Positions 18,131 to 27,938 are shown, counted from the first letter of the stretch. The stretch is 64,000 nt of DNA from an uncultured Candidatus Saccharibacteria bacterium (GCA_964590205.1 CAZPVO010000004.1:13131-77130); one strand, 5' to 3'. Numbers and translations: made by a program. The notes: generated from the letters alone by a model not told the origin.

Positions 18131-18613
18131 CTAGAATGGAATGTCATCCAGGTTAATTGGTTCGTCAGAGATGTCTTCAATGACGACATCGTCTTTTTTC
18201 ACTTCTTTACTTGGTTTTGGCTTCTCAGCTGCCGGTGTTGGGCTTTGGTTGTAGCTTCCGCCGCTATCGCCATCACCACCGCCACGACTATCGAGAAATG
18301 TTACATCGTTTGCCAACACTTCAACTTTGCTGCGCTTTTGGCCTTCTTGTTCCCAAGAACGGCTTTGCATGCGTCCAACCACTAAACAGCGACGTCCTTT
18401 AGTTAGATATTGCGCTACACGCTCAGCAAGAGCTGCCCAGGCCACAATATCGATGTAATCGGTGGCTTCTTGCCATTCACCGCTACTGTCTTTGTAGGCG
18501 CGGTTAAGCGCTAAACTAAAGCTCACCACACTTTGCCCATTAGGTGTTTGTCGTAGTTCTGGGTCCCTTGTGAGGTTACCCATTAAAATTACTTGGTTAA
18601 TGCTTCGTGCCAT
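18131..18613 (-). CDS. ssb: Single-stranded DNA-binding protein
   Basis: It has an OB fold (INQVILMGNLTRDPELRQTPNG), a Gly-rich linker and an acidic tip ending DDIPF. Confidence 0.95.
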   Translation of the reverse strand: MARSINQVILMGNLTRDPELRQTPNGQSVVSFSLALNRAYKDSSGEWQEATDYIDIVAWAALAERVAQYLTKGRRCLVVGRMQSRSWEQEGQKRSKVEVLANDVTFLDSRGGGDGDSGGSYNQSPTPAAEKPKPSKEVKKDDVVIEDISDEPINLDDIPF

Positions 18614-18627
18614 GTCGTTTCTCCTTC

Positions 18628-19008
18628 TTAGGCTTCGTTATCTTCTTCTTTTTCCTCAGCTTCGTCTTTCTTTTTGTTGTCTCGCTCTAGCTTAGCTTGC
18701 TTAGCAGCTTCAGCTTTGTCGAGCTCCTTTTGGTCAATTCGAGTAATTAAGTATCGAATGACTTCGTCGGTGATGTTTAAGGTGCTCTCTACCTTGCTGA
18801 CGTTTTCAGCTGGCAGTTCTACCGTATAAAAAACATACACCGCAGACTCATTTTTGGCAATTGGATACATGAGTTTTTTCTTGCCCCAATTGTCAGTGTT
18901 CACGACTTTTCCGCCGTTGTCAGCGAAGATCTTTTTAACTCGGTCTTCAGCCTTGGTTAAATCAACCTCTAAATCAGGATGATATAGTACTGCAATTTCG
19001 TATTGCAT
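18628..19008 (-). CDS. rpsF: 30S ribosomal protein S6 with a Lys/Glu-rich C-terminal tail
   Basis: It begins MQYEIAVLYHPDLE and contains VYVFYTVE. An AAAGGAG SD lies upstream. Confidence 0.92.
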   Translation of the reverse strand: MQYEIAVLYHPDLEVDLTKAEDRVKKIFADNGGKVVNTDNWGKKKLMYPIAKNESAVYVFYTVELPAENVSKVESTLNITDEVIRYLITRIDQKELDKAEAAKQAKLERDNKKKDEAEEKEEDNEA

Positions 19009-19092
19009 AAATAAGAGAACTCCTTTCTCTGGTTACCGCCAGCGCGCCAATTGCCGCCAGCCAAAGTTTATAACCCTGTTATTTTAGCGTAT

Positions 19093-21297
19093 TTACCTCT
19101 GTTCGTCAACATCGTCGTCGGGGAAGTTTTCGTCTAAGGCCGCGTCCGATTCCGACTGAGCTGGTTCTTCGCGTCCAAATACTTCATCAACTGAGCTTAT
19201 AAGTACCTCTCGTGGTCTTGAGCCGTCAGCTGGACCAATAATTCCCTGTTCTTCCATGGTTTCGATTAGTCGTGCCGCACGGGCGTAGCCAATGCGCAGA
19301 CGCCGCTGTAACAGGCTGGTACTAGCTTTGCGGCCTTCTACGACAACTTGAATGGCATCGCGCCACATATCATCATCAGCTTCATTAGCGCCATAATCAG
19401 CCACCACGCCGCCCTTGCCGTTCAGCTGGACCGGCTGACTAACCACTTCGTCATCGTATTGTGGCGCCCGCTGCATTCTTATAAAGTCTGTTACCTTGTT
19501 GGTTTCGTCATCGCCAATAAACGGTGCTTGCAGACGCTTAGGTTTGGGCATATCGGCAGTTAACAGCAACATATCACCAGCACCAAGCAGTTTTTCGGCA
19601 CCCATTTGATCAATAATCGTTCGTGAGTCAACCTGGCTGGCCACTGTAAAGGCAATTCGAGCTGGAATATTAGCCTTAATAAGACCTGTGATAACATCCA
19701 CAGATGGACGCTGCGTCGCCAAAATAAGATGAATACCAACCGCGCGAGCTTTCTGGGCAATACGCACAATCAACGCTTCAACATCGCGAGCCGCCATCAT
19801 CATAAGGTCAGCGAGCTCATCGATAACCAATACGATGTATGGCATACCTTCTTCTTTTTTCAGACTGTTGTATTCAACAATATTTCGCTTATGAACTTCG
19901 GCCAGCGCTTTATAGCGGCGTTCCATTTCAGCCACTGTCCACTTGAGTGCACTGATGCACTTTTCGGGTTCGGTAATAACTGGCGTTAACAAATGCGGAA
20001 TTTCGTCATATGGTTTGAGCTCTACCTGCTTTGGATCCACCAAGATCAACTTAAGATCACTAGGACTATTTCGATACAACAGGCTGGTAAGAATACTGTT
20101 AATCATGACCGACTTACCAGAACCGGTCTGTCCAGCAACCAATAAATGTGGCAGTTTAACTAAATCAGCAACAACTGGTATACCGGAAATATCTTTTCCA
20201 ACCGCAAAACCGAGCGGCCCACTGAGTTCTTGCCACTCTTTGGACTGCAAAATACTGCTTATACGTACCATGGCTGACTTGATGTTTGGCACTTCGATTC
20301 CAACCGCTCGTTTACCTGGAATTGGCGCTTCAATTCGAATCGAATGCGCCGCTAAATCGAGCGCCAAGTTATTTTCTAACGCTGTAATTTTTGTTAACTT
20401 AATTCCTGTTTGCGGTTTTAGCGTGAACTGCGTAACGCGCGGTCCAATATTGGCGCCTTCCATTTCAACTTCGATGTTAAAATTGGCCAAACTTTCCTTA
20501 ATAATGTCAGCATTGCCTTCAACGTCACCAGCATCAGCTTTGTCCTGCTTTTGGTTGAGCAAATCAACACCCGGGAACTTCCAGGATGGATCGCTGGCTG
20601 CCGTCAACGCCGAATGATCTTGAGCCGGTGCTAGTTTTTGAGCAGAGTTCTTAAGCCCTACAGGTGGCATTCCCTTTCGATGTTCGACTGGTACACCTTC
20701 GTTCATGGTAAAACTGTGTTCGCCTGCTTGTTTTTTGAGTTCACCAAGATCTGTGTCTTCTTTATCGCCACGCCGGAAGGGATCGCCTAGTCGCAGTAAA
20801 ACTTTTGGAGAAATATTGGCCGCCAAAAAGAAAGCCAGCAAAGCCAGTACAAAAAACATAATCGCAGCTGGTAGTTTATCGAGCACTGACAAAGTTGAGC
20901 CGCCAATCAGTGCACCAACTTGACCACCGTGACCCCCTGTCCAGGAGCCCAATGAGTCATGTGCGACAAATGCCACATGAAACCAACTGGCCAGCAAAAT
21001 AATAAATGCCAGGCTGCTCACCAATTTTACAAGTGGGATTTGACGATCATCACTGACAAACTTGAGAACTCCCCAAAAAATCAGAATAATCGGCGCAGCA
21101 AAGGCTGCCCAACCAAAAGTCCAATAAGCACCGTGAAACATAGTTTTGGGCAGTGGACCACCGGTGCCAAAACCACCTAATAGCAAAAATGCTGCTAGTA
21201 AAATCATGACAATTGCACCAGCTAGCGGCCAAAATACACTCGGTTCTTTGACTTCTTGTTGAGCTTTCTTCTTTGTCGATTTTTTCTTTTTAGCCAT
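19093..21297 (-). CDS. ftsK: DNA translocase FtsK/SpoIIIE
   Basis: 734 aa with N-terminal TM helices, Walker A GQTGSGKS, a RecA-like motor, and a gamma-domain winged helix at the C-terminus (LLQRRLRIGYARAARLIETMEEQGIIGP). Confidence 0.95.
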   Translation of the reverse strand: MAKKKKSTKKKAQQEVKEPSVFWPLAGAIVMILLAAFLLLGGFGTGGPLPKTMFHGAYWTFGWAAFAAPIILIFWGVLKFVSDDRQIPLVKLVSSLAFIILLASWFHVAFVAHDSLGSWTGGHGGQVGALIGGSTLSVLDKLPAAIMFFVLALLAFFLAANISPKVLLRLGDPFRRGDKEDTDLGELKKQAGEHSFTMNEGVPVEHRKGMPPVGLKNSAQKLAPAQDHSALTAASDPSWKFPGVDLLNQKQDKADAGDVEGNADIIKESLANFNIEVEMEGANIGPRVTQFTLKPQTGIKLTKITALENNLALDLAAHSIRIEAPIPGKRAVGIEVPNIKSAMVRISSILQSKEWQELSGPLGFAVGKDISGIPVVADLVKLPHLLVAGQTGSGKSVMINSILTSLLYRNSPSDLKLILVDPKQVELKPYDEIPHLLTPVITEPEKCISALKWTVAEMERRYKALAEVHKRNIVEYNSLKKEEGMPYIVLVIDELADLMMMAARDVEALIVRIAQKARAVGIHLILATQRPSVDVITGLIKANIPARIAFTVASQVDSRTIIDQMGAEKLLGAGDMLLLTADMPKPKRLQAPFIGDDETNKVTDFIRMQRAPQYDDEVVSQPVQLNGKGGVVADYGANEADDDMWRDAIQVVVEGRKASTSLLQRRLRIGYARAARLIETMEEQGIIGPADGSRPREVLISSVDEVFGREEPAQSESDAALDENFPDDDVDEQR

Positions 21298-21333
21298 ATG
21301 CTTTTTAAATTATACCATTTTTAATCTGTAAAA

Positions 21334-21684
21334 CTAGGGCTGAGGATGCTGCCTGTTTGTGTTTTGCAGCATATCCCAAACTTCATCAAGCTCTTCGAGA
21401 GACAGGGTTCCTTCAGTCAGGCTACGAGTAAGTTCTTCGCGCTCAGTTGGAGTTAGATCGTCAAAGGTAAGTCCTTCTTTTTTGGGCAGGTGAGAAAGCA
21501 CTGGAGGCGCGGCTGCTAAATCATTGACGTCTGCTTCAAGATCGCTAACCAATGATCTATAAAAAGCAACTTCACTTTCATCTTGAGGAACTGCCGTCTC
21601 AGCAGCTTCTAGTTCACGTCTTGCGAAGTGGAGTTGTTCTGCCCGAACTTCTGGTCCAGGTCCGTCATATGATGTCATAGCCAT
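21334..21684 (-). CDS. Acidic hypothetical protein
   Basis: 116 aa with no recognised motif. Confidence 0.5.
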   Translation of the reverse strand: MAMTSYDGPGPEVRAEQLHFARRELEAAETAVPQDESEVAFYRSLVSDLEADVNDLAAAPPVLSHLPKKEGLTFDDLTPTEREELTRSLTEGTLSLEELDEVWDMLQNTNRQHPQP

Positions 21685-21725
21685 ATTATACCCGTTTGTT
21701 CGCTTTTTGTCAATCTTCTACGGTG

Positions 21726-23801
21726 TTAGTCTTTTACTACGTCTTGGTTCAGAAGGCGTTGTCGCATTTGCTCAAACCGTTGCTGCTGCTCTTTCGCGAG
21801 TTCTTCTTGAGTTTTTTGACCATTGCCGTTCCCGTTGACAGGCTTCTCGGCCTGTTTACCGCCACCAATAATATTCACGACAGGAATAATAATTGGTGAG
21901 CGCTGCGTCTGTTCGTACAAGAAATGTGTAATGTGATCTTTAAGTTCTTGTTTGAAACGGTCTAAATCAATACGTTTAAAGCGCTGGCTAACTGCCCTTC
22001 TTAGCTCTGTACGAAGGTTGTTCATGAGTTCTTCACTGTCGCGAATATAAATGAAACCGCGCGTAATGATATCTGGGCTTGTTAACAACTGACCGGTCTT
22101 TTTATCGATAGTCAGCACTAACGCAACCAAACCTTCTTCGGCCAGCAGCACCCGGTCTTTTACCACGATGTTGCTAACAATTGATCCAGTGTAATCAACC
22201 AGTTGGGTTCCAACCGGTATTTTGCCTGTTTTCTCCATAGTGTCTTTAGTAAGTTCAAATACTTCACCATTATCGATGTAGGCTAGATTTTTACGAGGAA
22301 AACCTTTGTTAATAGCTTCTTCGTTGTGATATTTCTGAGCCCGAAAAGCCCCGTAAATTGGCAGTACAAACTTTGGCTTGGTGAATTCAATCATGTCCAT
22401 GTATTCGTCAAGTGAACAGTGACCACTCACGTGCAGTGGACCACAGCCATCAACATCATGCGTTGCATGTCGGAAAACGTGCACACCCATTTTCATGAGG
22501 TCATCAACCATTTCACCAATTAATTTGTCGTTGCCGCTCTCTGGAATTGGTGTACTTGATAGGATTACAGTATCCTGTGGTTTCAGCTTCACATGATTAT
22601 GCTCACCGGTGGCCATTCGCTGCAGCGCAGAACTTGGCTCCCCTTGTGAACCAGTACAGATTACTACGACATCCTGGTCTTTCATGGTACCGACTTGAGC
22701 GATCGGCACAAAAGTTCCTTTTGGAATTTTGATCATACCCAGGCGTACCGCAACTTCAAGCGTGCTCATCATTGAGCGACCGTCCATGGCAATCTTGCGG
22801 CCATGTTGTGTTGCAGCATTTACAAGCATTTGAATTCGGTTAATGTTACTCGAGAACACAGCCACGAATACGCGACCAGGTGCTTTTTCGAACAGATCAA
22901 CAAAGGTTGGTTCAATCGTGCTCTCACTCGGTGTTCGGCCAGGTCGCTCAGAACACATACACTCATTAAGCAGTAGTAACACCCCCTCTTGGCCAAGCTC
23001 CTTCAAACGAGGTTCGTCAGTTTTTTCGTGATCAAGTGGATTTGGATCTAAGCGATAATCGCCGGTGCAAAGCACTTTTCCAACAGGCGTATCAACAGCA
23101 ACAACTGTCGAACCCGGAATCGAGTGCGTAATTCGAACTAACTCGACAAAAAAGTTACCAACTTTTAGTTTTTCGTGGGTTGTTTCGTTGAGTACCACTG
23201 TTTCTAAATTAAAACCATCTGGCATAACTTGGCCGAAGTTTTCAAAGAATCGTTCCACCATACCAATCGTAAAGCGTGAGCCATAAATTGGTGCTGGATA
23301 TTTTGGTACGATGTGCGGCAAACCACCAATATGGTCCAAGTGCCCGTGCGTAATCACGTACCCCTTTAGCTTGTGCTTGATTGTCTCTAAGTAGCTCGGA
23401 TCAGCGATGCCGTAATTAATGCCTGGCAAATCAACGCCAAGGTCGTTGCCACAGTCGATAACAATTGCATCATTGCCATACTCGAGTACGATCATGTTCT
23501 TGGAGCCACCCGCGTCCATTCCACCCAGACCAATAATTTTTAGCCGTGGGTTTGGATCAATAAAGTTAGCTCGTTTTTTGTCCTCGGCTGGGGCTTCAAC
23601 TTTGGTCGCAGAAGCATCCAGATATTGGCTCGCAACACGATTAGCATCTTCGACAACCCGTTTTTGCGCTCGAATAGCTTGAGACCGAGACACACTCCGT
23701 CCAGTGCCATTGCCGCTCTGCGGCTGATTTTTCTTCTGATTATTACCGTTATTCTTACTATTAGAATTCGGTTTTCTTGGTTGTTTTTCGTTCAATTTCA
23801 C
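21726..23801 (-). CDS. rnj: Ribonuclease J (metallo-beta-lactamase/beta-CASP) with low-complexity N- and C-terminal extensions
   Basis: It has the HGHLDHIGG motif and beta-CASP motifs. The first ~90 aa are an Asn/Gly/Lys-rich extension. The annotated start is a GTG whose SD (AGGAGA) sits too close, so the TTG two codons downstream (23795) is an alternative. Confidence 0.9.
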   Translation of the reverse strand: MKLNEKQPRKPNSNSKNNGNNQKKNQPQSGNGTGRSVSRSQAIRAQKRVVEDANRVASQYLDASATKVEAPAEDKKRANFIDPNPRLKIIGLGGMDAGGSKNMIVLEYGNDAIVIDCGNDLGVDLPGINYGIADPSYLETIKHKLKGYVITHGHLDHIGGLPHIVPKYPAPIYGSRFTIGMVERFFENFGQVMPDGFNLETVVLNETTHEKLKVGNFFVELVRITHSIPGSTVVAVDTPVGKVLCTGDYRLDPNPLDHEKTDEPRLKELGQEGVLLLLNECMCSERPGRTPSESTIEPTFVDLFEKAPGRVFVAVFSSNINRIQMLVNAATQHGRKIAMDGRSMMSTLEVAVRLGMIKIPKGTFVPIAQVGTMKDQDVVVICTGSQGEPSSALQRMATGEHNHVKLKPQDTVILSSTPIPESGNDKLIGEMVDDLMKMGVHVFRHATHDVDGCGPLHVSGHCSLDEYMDMIEFTKPKFVLPIYGAFRAQKYHNEEAINKGFPRKNLAYIDNGEVFELTKDTMEKTGKIPVGTQLVDYTGSIVSNIVVKDRVLLAEEGLVALVLTIDKKTGQLLTSPDIITRGFIYIRDSEELMNNLRTELRRAVSQRFKRIDLDRFKQELKDHITHFLYEQTQRSPIIIPVVNIIGGGKQAEKPVNGNGNGQKTQEELAKEQQQRFEQMRQRLLNQDVVKD

Positions 23802-23841
23802 TCTCCTTTCTGATGTTTTAAGAGAAAATTAAATACCTACG

Positions 23842-24414
23842 TTATGAAAGTTTGGCCAGTATTGCCGGAATTTTGGCAAAATCATCAATTAATGTCTGAC
23901 GCATGCCGCCGTTATACAGGGCTGCAGCCGGATGAAACAACGGCAAGAACACTTGTCCGTTGAGTCGCTTAGGTTGGCCATGGACCTGGCTGATTGATAG
24001 GTCCGGCAAAAAGCAATTCATACTGTGTCGCCCGAGTGGCACAACAAGTTTTGGCTTAATTACTTTTAGCTGGGCCATCAAAAATGGCAAAAAGGCTTCT
24101 TTTTCAGAGGGCTGCGGATCGCGGTTGTTTGGCGGACGATACTTAACGATGTTGGTAATGTACACATCATCGCGCTTGAGGCCAATCATCTCGAGCATTT
24201 CGTTTAAAAATTTCCCGGCTGCGCCCACGAATGGCTTGCCTTGCACATCTTCATTCTTGCCGGGAGCTTCGCCGATAAACACAATGTCACTATCGGGATT
24301 GCCATCACCAAACACTAACTGCGTAGCGGTTTTGGCTAAATCTTCACAAATGTTCTTATCTAAAATCTGTTGCATAATTTTGTCCAGATCAGCTTGTTTA
24401 TCGTTTTTTGACAT
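23842..24414 (-). CDS. Uracil-DNA glycosylase, family-4-like
   Basis: It reads GEAPGKNEDVQGKPFVGAAGKFLNEML and ITNIVKYRPPNNRDP. The four Fe-S cysteines typical of family 4 are not all present. Confidence 0.85.
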   Translation of the reverse strand: MSKNDKQADLDKIMQQILDKNICEDLAKTATQLVFGDGNPDSDIVFIGEAPGKNEDVQGKPFVGAAGKFLNEMLEMIGLKRDDVYITNIVKYRPPNNRDPQPSEKEAFLPFLMAQLKVIKPKLVVPLGRHSMNCFLPDLSISQVHGQPKRLNGQVFLPLFHPAAALYNGGMRQTLIDDFAKIPAILAKLS

Positions 24415-24631
24415 GAGGTTTTTTGGTTACTATTAACTGTTTAATGCCTTGCACAAGTCGCATGATACCCCAAACCAGGGCCACAATCGTGCCAATCCAT
24501 TGGGCGATGCTGCCACTGTCAATTGCAAGTGAGCCAAGAATATAGCTCACCGTCAAAAGCACTCCAGCTGGGAGTAAGTATCCAGCCGGTGTGTGCCAAA
24601 AACTTTGTGGTTGAGCTTTCTTCTTTGCCAT
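24398..24631 (-). CDS. Small two-TM membrane protein
   Basis: 77 aa with two hydrophobic helices. It starts right after the pnp stop. Confidence 0.55.
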   Translation of the reverse strand: MAKKKAQPQSFWHTPAGYLLPAGVLLTVSYILGSLAIDSGSIAQWIGTIVALVWGIMRLVQGIKQLIVTKKPHVKKR

Positions 24632-26761
24632 TTATTTCTTTTCTCGCGCTGCGGCTTTCATACTTAAGTTTAACCGGCCACGCTCATCGATGGCAACTAG
24701 TTTTACAGTAACTCGATCACCTTCTTTCACGACATCGCTTGGTTTGTTGACTCGCTCTTCGCTCATTTCTGAAACATGGACAAGTCCTTCGTGACCAGGC
24801 ATGATTTCAACAAATGCGCCGAAGTCTAGTACAGAAACTACACGACAGTTTTCATAGATTGCACCAACATCTGGCTCAGCAGTCAAATCTTTGACCCATT
24901 TGATAGCTTTGTCGATACTGGCTTTGTCCGGACTGGCAATCATCACCGTGCCGTCGTCTTTAATGTCAATTTCGGCACCCGTATCAGCAATAATCTTGTT
25001 GATGGTCTCACCACCTTTACCGATAACATCGCGGATTTTATCTGGGTTAATCTTGATGGCTTCGACTTGTGGTGCGTAAGGGCTCATTTCAGATCGAGGA
25101 GTCTTAATAGTCGTGAGCATGTGCTCTAAGATATGGGCTCGACCCTCTTTACCTTGAAGCAGTGCTTTTTTAAGTACATCAACTGGTAAGCCATGTACTT
25201 TCATATCCATCTGAAGAGCAGTAATACCTTTTTCGGTTCCTGTGACTTTAAAGTCCATGTCGCCGGCAAAATCTTCGGCATCAGCAATGTCACTGAGCAC
25301 AAACGGCTTATCGCCATCCATCATCAGACCCATAGCAATTCCACTGACTGGTCGCTTCAAAGGCACACCAGCGTCCATCAATGCCAAGCAGCTAGAACAA
25401 GTTGCTGCCATACTAGTGGAACCGTTCTGGCTCATGATTTCGGTTACCGAGCGAATAGCATACGGAAAGTCTGCTTCGTCTGGCAAAACAGCTGTCATTG
25501 CTCGCTCAGCCAAGTAGCCATGTCCAATTTCTCGACGACCCGGTGAACCAAGACGACGAACTTCACCAACGGTGTAACCAGGCGCATTGTAGTGATGCAT
25601 GTAACGGCGTTCGCCTTCTCGCTCCATGGTGTCAACAATTTGCGCGTAGCTCAGCGGTGCTAGCGTTACCACATTGAAAGCCTGCGTCATACCCCGAGTG
25701 AAAATGCTTGAGCCGTGAGCCCTAGGCAACAACCCAACTTCAGATGACAGCTGGCGGATTTCATCAAGTTTTCGGCCGTCAGGACGAGCGTTATCTTCAA
25801 CAATACCTTTTCGAACGTCTTTATGAATAGCCAGTACAAAGGCATCATCATATTCGTTCTTAAGTTCAGCGTAAGCTTCTTCACCAATTTCTGGCGCGAA
25901 GTGAGCTTGCATTTGTTCGCGAAGATCTTGAATCAGGTCATTTCGTTCTGGATACGGTGCCCGAACTTGCTGACCAAGTTTTCCCGATAGCCAAGTTTCC
26001 ACTCGCTGCTGAATATCAGCATCAGGTAAGGTTAACTCGTACTCTTGTGGCTTCACGCCAACTTTATCAACTAATTCCTGCTGCAGCTTGATAGCTGGCT
26101 GGATGACTTTGTGGCCATATTCTAGTGCTGTGGCAATATCGTCTTCAGATACTTCACTCGCGCCTGCTTCTACCATCATGATGCCGTTTTTTGTACCGGC
26201 AACCACGATATCGAGCGCACCTTCATCTAACTCTTTAGAGCTTAGGAAGGCTTTTGGCTTGCCGTCGACTAGACCAATACGAACACCAGCAACTGGGCCT
26301 TCAAACGGCGCACCAGTGAGCATAAATGCCGCACTCATAGCAATCATCGCGATCGCGTCAGGACGAAAGTCTGGGTCCATACTCATGACTGTCGCGACAC
26401 CTTGCACTTCGTAACGGTAACCTTTTGGCCACAATGGACGAATAGGACGATCAATCAATCGGCCGATCAACACAGCGTCGTCGCTTGGTCGACCTTCACG
26501 TTTTATGAAGCGCGAGCCACTAATCTTGCCGGCTGCATACATTTTTTCTTCGTAATCGATTGAGAGCGGAAAATAATCGAATCCTGTCGCCGTTTTATCG
26601 CTCACCATAGCAGTGCCCAGCACCACTGTATCACCGTAGCGAACAAGTACTGAAGCTGAAGTTCTAAAGCCAACACGGCCAACTTCTAGACTAAGTGGTT
26701 TACCACAAAAATCCGTTTCTACTTTTATAATTTTCTTGCCAAATGGGTTTATTGTACTCAT
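24632..26761 (-). CDS. pnp: Polynucleotide phosphorylase
   Basis: 709 aa with two RNase PH domains plus KH and S1 (GAIYENCRVVSVLDFGAFVEI). An AAAGGA SD lies upstream. Confidence 0.96.
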   Translation of the reverse strand: MSTINPFGKKIIKVETDFCGKPLSLEVGRVGFRTSASVLVRYGDTVVLGTAMVSDKTATGFDYFPLSIDYEEKMYAAGKISGSRFIKREGRPSDDAVLIGRLIDRPIRPLWPKGYRYEVQGVATVMSMDPDFRPDAIAMIAMSAAFMLTGAPFEGPVAGVRIGLVDGKPKAFLSSKELDEGALDIVVAGTKNGIMMVEAGASEVSEDDIATALEYGHKVIQPAIKLQQELVDKVGVKPQEYELTLPDADIQQRVETWLSGKLGQQVRAPYPERNDLIQDLREQMQAHFAPEIGEEAYAELKNEYDDAFVLAIHKDVRKGIVEDNARPDGRKLDEIRQLSSEVGLLPRAHGSSIFTRGMTQAFNVVTLAPLSYAQIVDTMEREGERRYMHHYNAPGYTVGEVRRLGSPGRREIGHGYLAERAMTAVLPDEADFPYAIRSVTEIMSQNGSTSMAATCSSCLALMDAGVPLKRPVSGIAMGLMMDGDKPFVLSDIADAEDFAGDMDFKVTGTEKGITALQMDMKVHGLPVDVLKKALLQGKEGRAHILEHMLTTIKTPRSEMSPYAPQVEAIKINPDKIRDVIGKGGETINKIIADTGAEIDIKDDGTVMIASPDKASIDKAIKWVKDLTAEPDVGAIYENCRVVSVLDFGAFVEIMPGHEGLVHVSEMSEERVNKPSDVVKEGDRVTVKLVAIDERGRLNLSMKAAAREKK

Positions 26762-26912
26762 TTGTTCCTTTCATATTGTTCGTCGCATGGTTCAAATATA
26801 CGAACGCTTGTGCGAACGTCATATATCTGCAGCTATGCCACGAACTAGTTAAATCTTACCTGTTAATGTGCACAAGCTTGGTCCGCTTATGAGCGGCTAA
26901 AGTCTGGGCAGA

Positions 26913-27179
26913 TTATCTTCGGAGACCGAGTTTTTTAATTAATGCTAGATATTCTTGTGAATCTTGAGATGCTATGTATTTAAGCAGTCGTTTACGCTTG
27001 CCGACCATTTGCAGAAGTCCGCGACGAGCCATAAAATCGTGCTTATTTTTCTTTAAATGATCTGTTAATTCTTCAATCCGTTTGGTCAAAATACCAACTT
27101 GAACGGCTGCGCTGCCGCCGTCTTTCTTGTGTTTCTGTAAATCAGCAATTACTGCTTTCTTCTTATCAGATGTGATCAT
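26913..27179 (-). CDS. rpsO: 30S ribosomal protein S15
   Basis: It reads GSAAVQVGILTKRIEELTDHLKKNKHDFMARRGLLQMVGKRKRLLKY. Confidence 0.95.
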   Translation of the reverse strand: MITSDKKKAVIADLQKHKKDGGSAAVQVGILTKRIEELTDHLKKNKHDFMARRGLLQMVGKRKRLLKYIASQDSQEYLALIKKLGLRR

Positions 27180-27222
27180 TGACTTCCTACTTTAGCATAC
27201 TTCTCTCTGTTGAGCAATAGGT

Positions 27223-27492
27223 TTACTCAGGCATTGGTACAACTTCAGGATCATCGTCATACATTAAATCTCTCGGGTAGTACGCGTCTCTAATAAACTC
27301 TACAACTTTAGCAACTACTGGAACTACAGCCAGAGTAGCAATTTCTCCGATGCTCACTCTTGACTGGACTGGAATCGCTTCTACGAACAATGTCCCAAAA
27401 CAAACAATTTCACCAACTGCCCCACCTGCCGCCATAAGTCCGTTTTTCAACACAAGTCTGTTATCGTAAATTTCTTGGGCTTCAACGCTCAT
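27223..27492 (-). CDS. Small hydrophobic protein (third gene of the small-gene cassette)
   Basis: 89 aa with two hydrophobic segments and an acidic C-terminus (YDDDPEVVPMPE). Confidence 0.5.
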   Translation of the reverse strand: MSVEAQEIYDNRLVLKNGLMAAGGAVGEIVCFGTLFVEAIPVQSRVSIGEIATLAVVPVVAKVVEFIRDAYYPRDLMYDDDPEVVPMPE

Positions 27493-27494
27493 AA

Positions 27495-27680
27495 TTACTG
27501 ATGTAAATGGCGATAGCGTCGAACTGCATCCACAAAACGTTTTTTGGCTGATTCATGATCCACATTAGTATAGTTGAATCGACGCGATAGTTGGGCGACT
27601 TTAATTGAAAAATCCTGTTTGCTGAGTGGGGTGTCATCACCATAGGTTACTTTAATCTTTGTAGGTGTTGATTTTATCAT
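27495..27680 (-). CDS. Small basic protein (second gene of the cassette)
   Basis: 61 aa with a basic C-terminal helix (AKKRFVDAVRRYRHLHQ). Its start overlaps the upstream stop by 1 nt. Confidence 0.5.
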   Translation of the reverse strand: MIKSTPTKIKVTYGDDTPLSKQDFSIKVAQLSRRFNYTNVDHESAKKRFVDAVRRYRHLHQ

Positions 27681-27886
27681 TATTTTTTAGCTTTCTTGGC
27701 TGGTTTAACTTCTTTAACAAGCTCTTCAATAACGTCTTCAGGAAAATCAAATTCTATGTCTGCCATCGACTTAGAATTTCGCATCAACTGGGCTCGCTCT
27801 TCATACAATTTAGCCAACTCTCGGTGCATTTTGCCGATTTCAACGTCCATTTTAGAAACTTTTTTAGTTAAAGTACTTGTTCGCAT
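27680..27886 (-). CDS. Small helical protein with a Lys-rich tail (first gene of the cassette)
   Basis: 68 aa. An AAGAGG SD lies 6 nt upstream, and a consensus promoter lies further upstream. Confidence 0.55.
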   Translation of the reverse strand: MRTSTLTKKVSKMDVEIGKMHRELAKLYEERAQLMRNSKSMADIEFDFPEDVIEELVKEVKPAKKAKK

Positions 27887-27909
27887 AGAATACCTCTTAG
27901 ATAAGTAGA

Positions 27910-27938
27910 ATTATACTAGATTTTACCTTTAGCGTCAA
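27910..27938 (-). promoter_or_regulatory. Near-consensus sigma70 promoter TTGACG-17-TATAAT driving the small-gene cassette
   Basis: On the minus strand: TTGACG (27938..27933), 17-nt spacer, TATAAT (27915..27910). It begins immediately after the truB stop codon. Confidence 0.6.

Noticed and set aside
19943-20617. Long plus-strand ORFs antisense to well-supported genes: 19943-20617 in ftsK, 6289-6825 in pilM, 23960-24436 in udg, 44958-45416 in polA, 52971-53414 in dnaG and 60351-60869 in the fibre gene.
   Set aside because: Each lies entirely inside a minus-strand gene with strong family motifs. Their translations are low-complexity or Ser/Leu/Arg-rich, and they have no SD or promoter. They are typical shadow ORFs.
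26779-26844. A long-range imperfect stem in the rpsO-pnp intergenic leader (TTCGTCGCAT pairing with ATGCCACGAA, 9 of 10), reminiscent of RNase III-processed pnp leaders.
   Set aside because: It has one mismatch and a poorly paired interior. I cannot fold it or test covariation by eye, so I do not call it a regulatory RNA.
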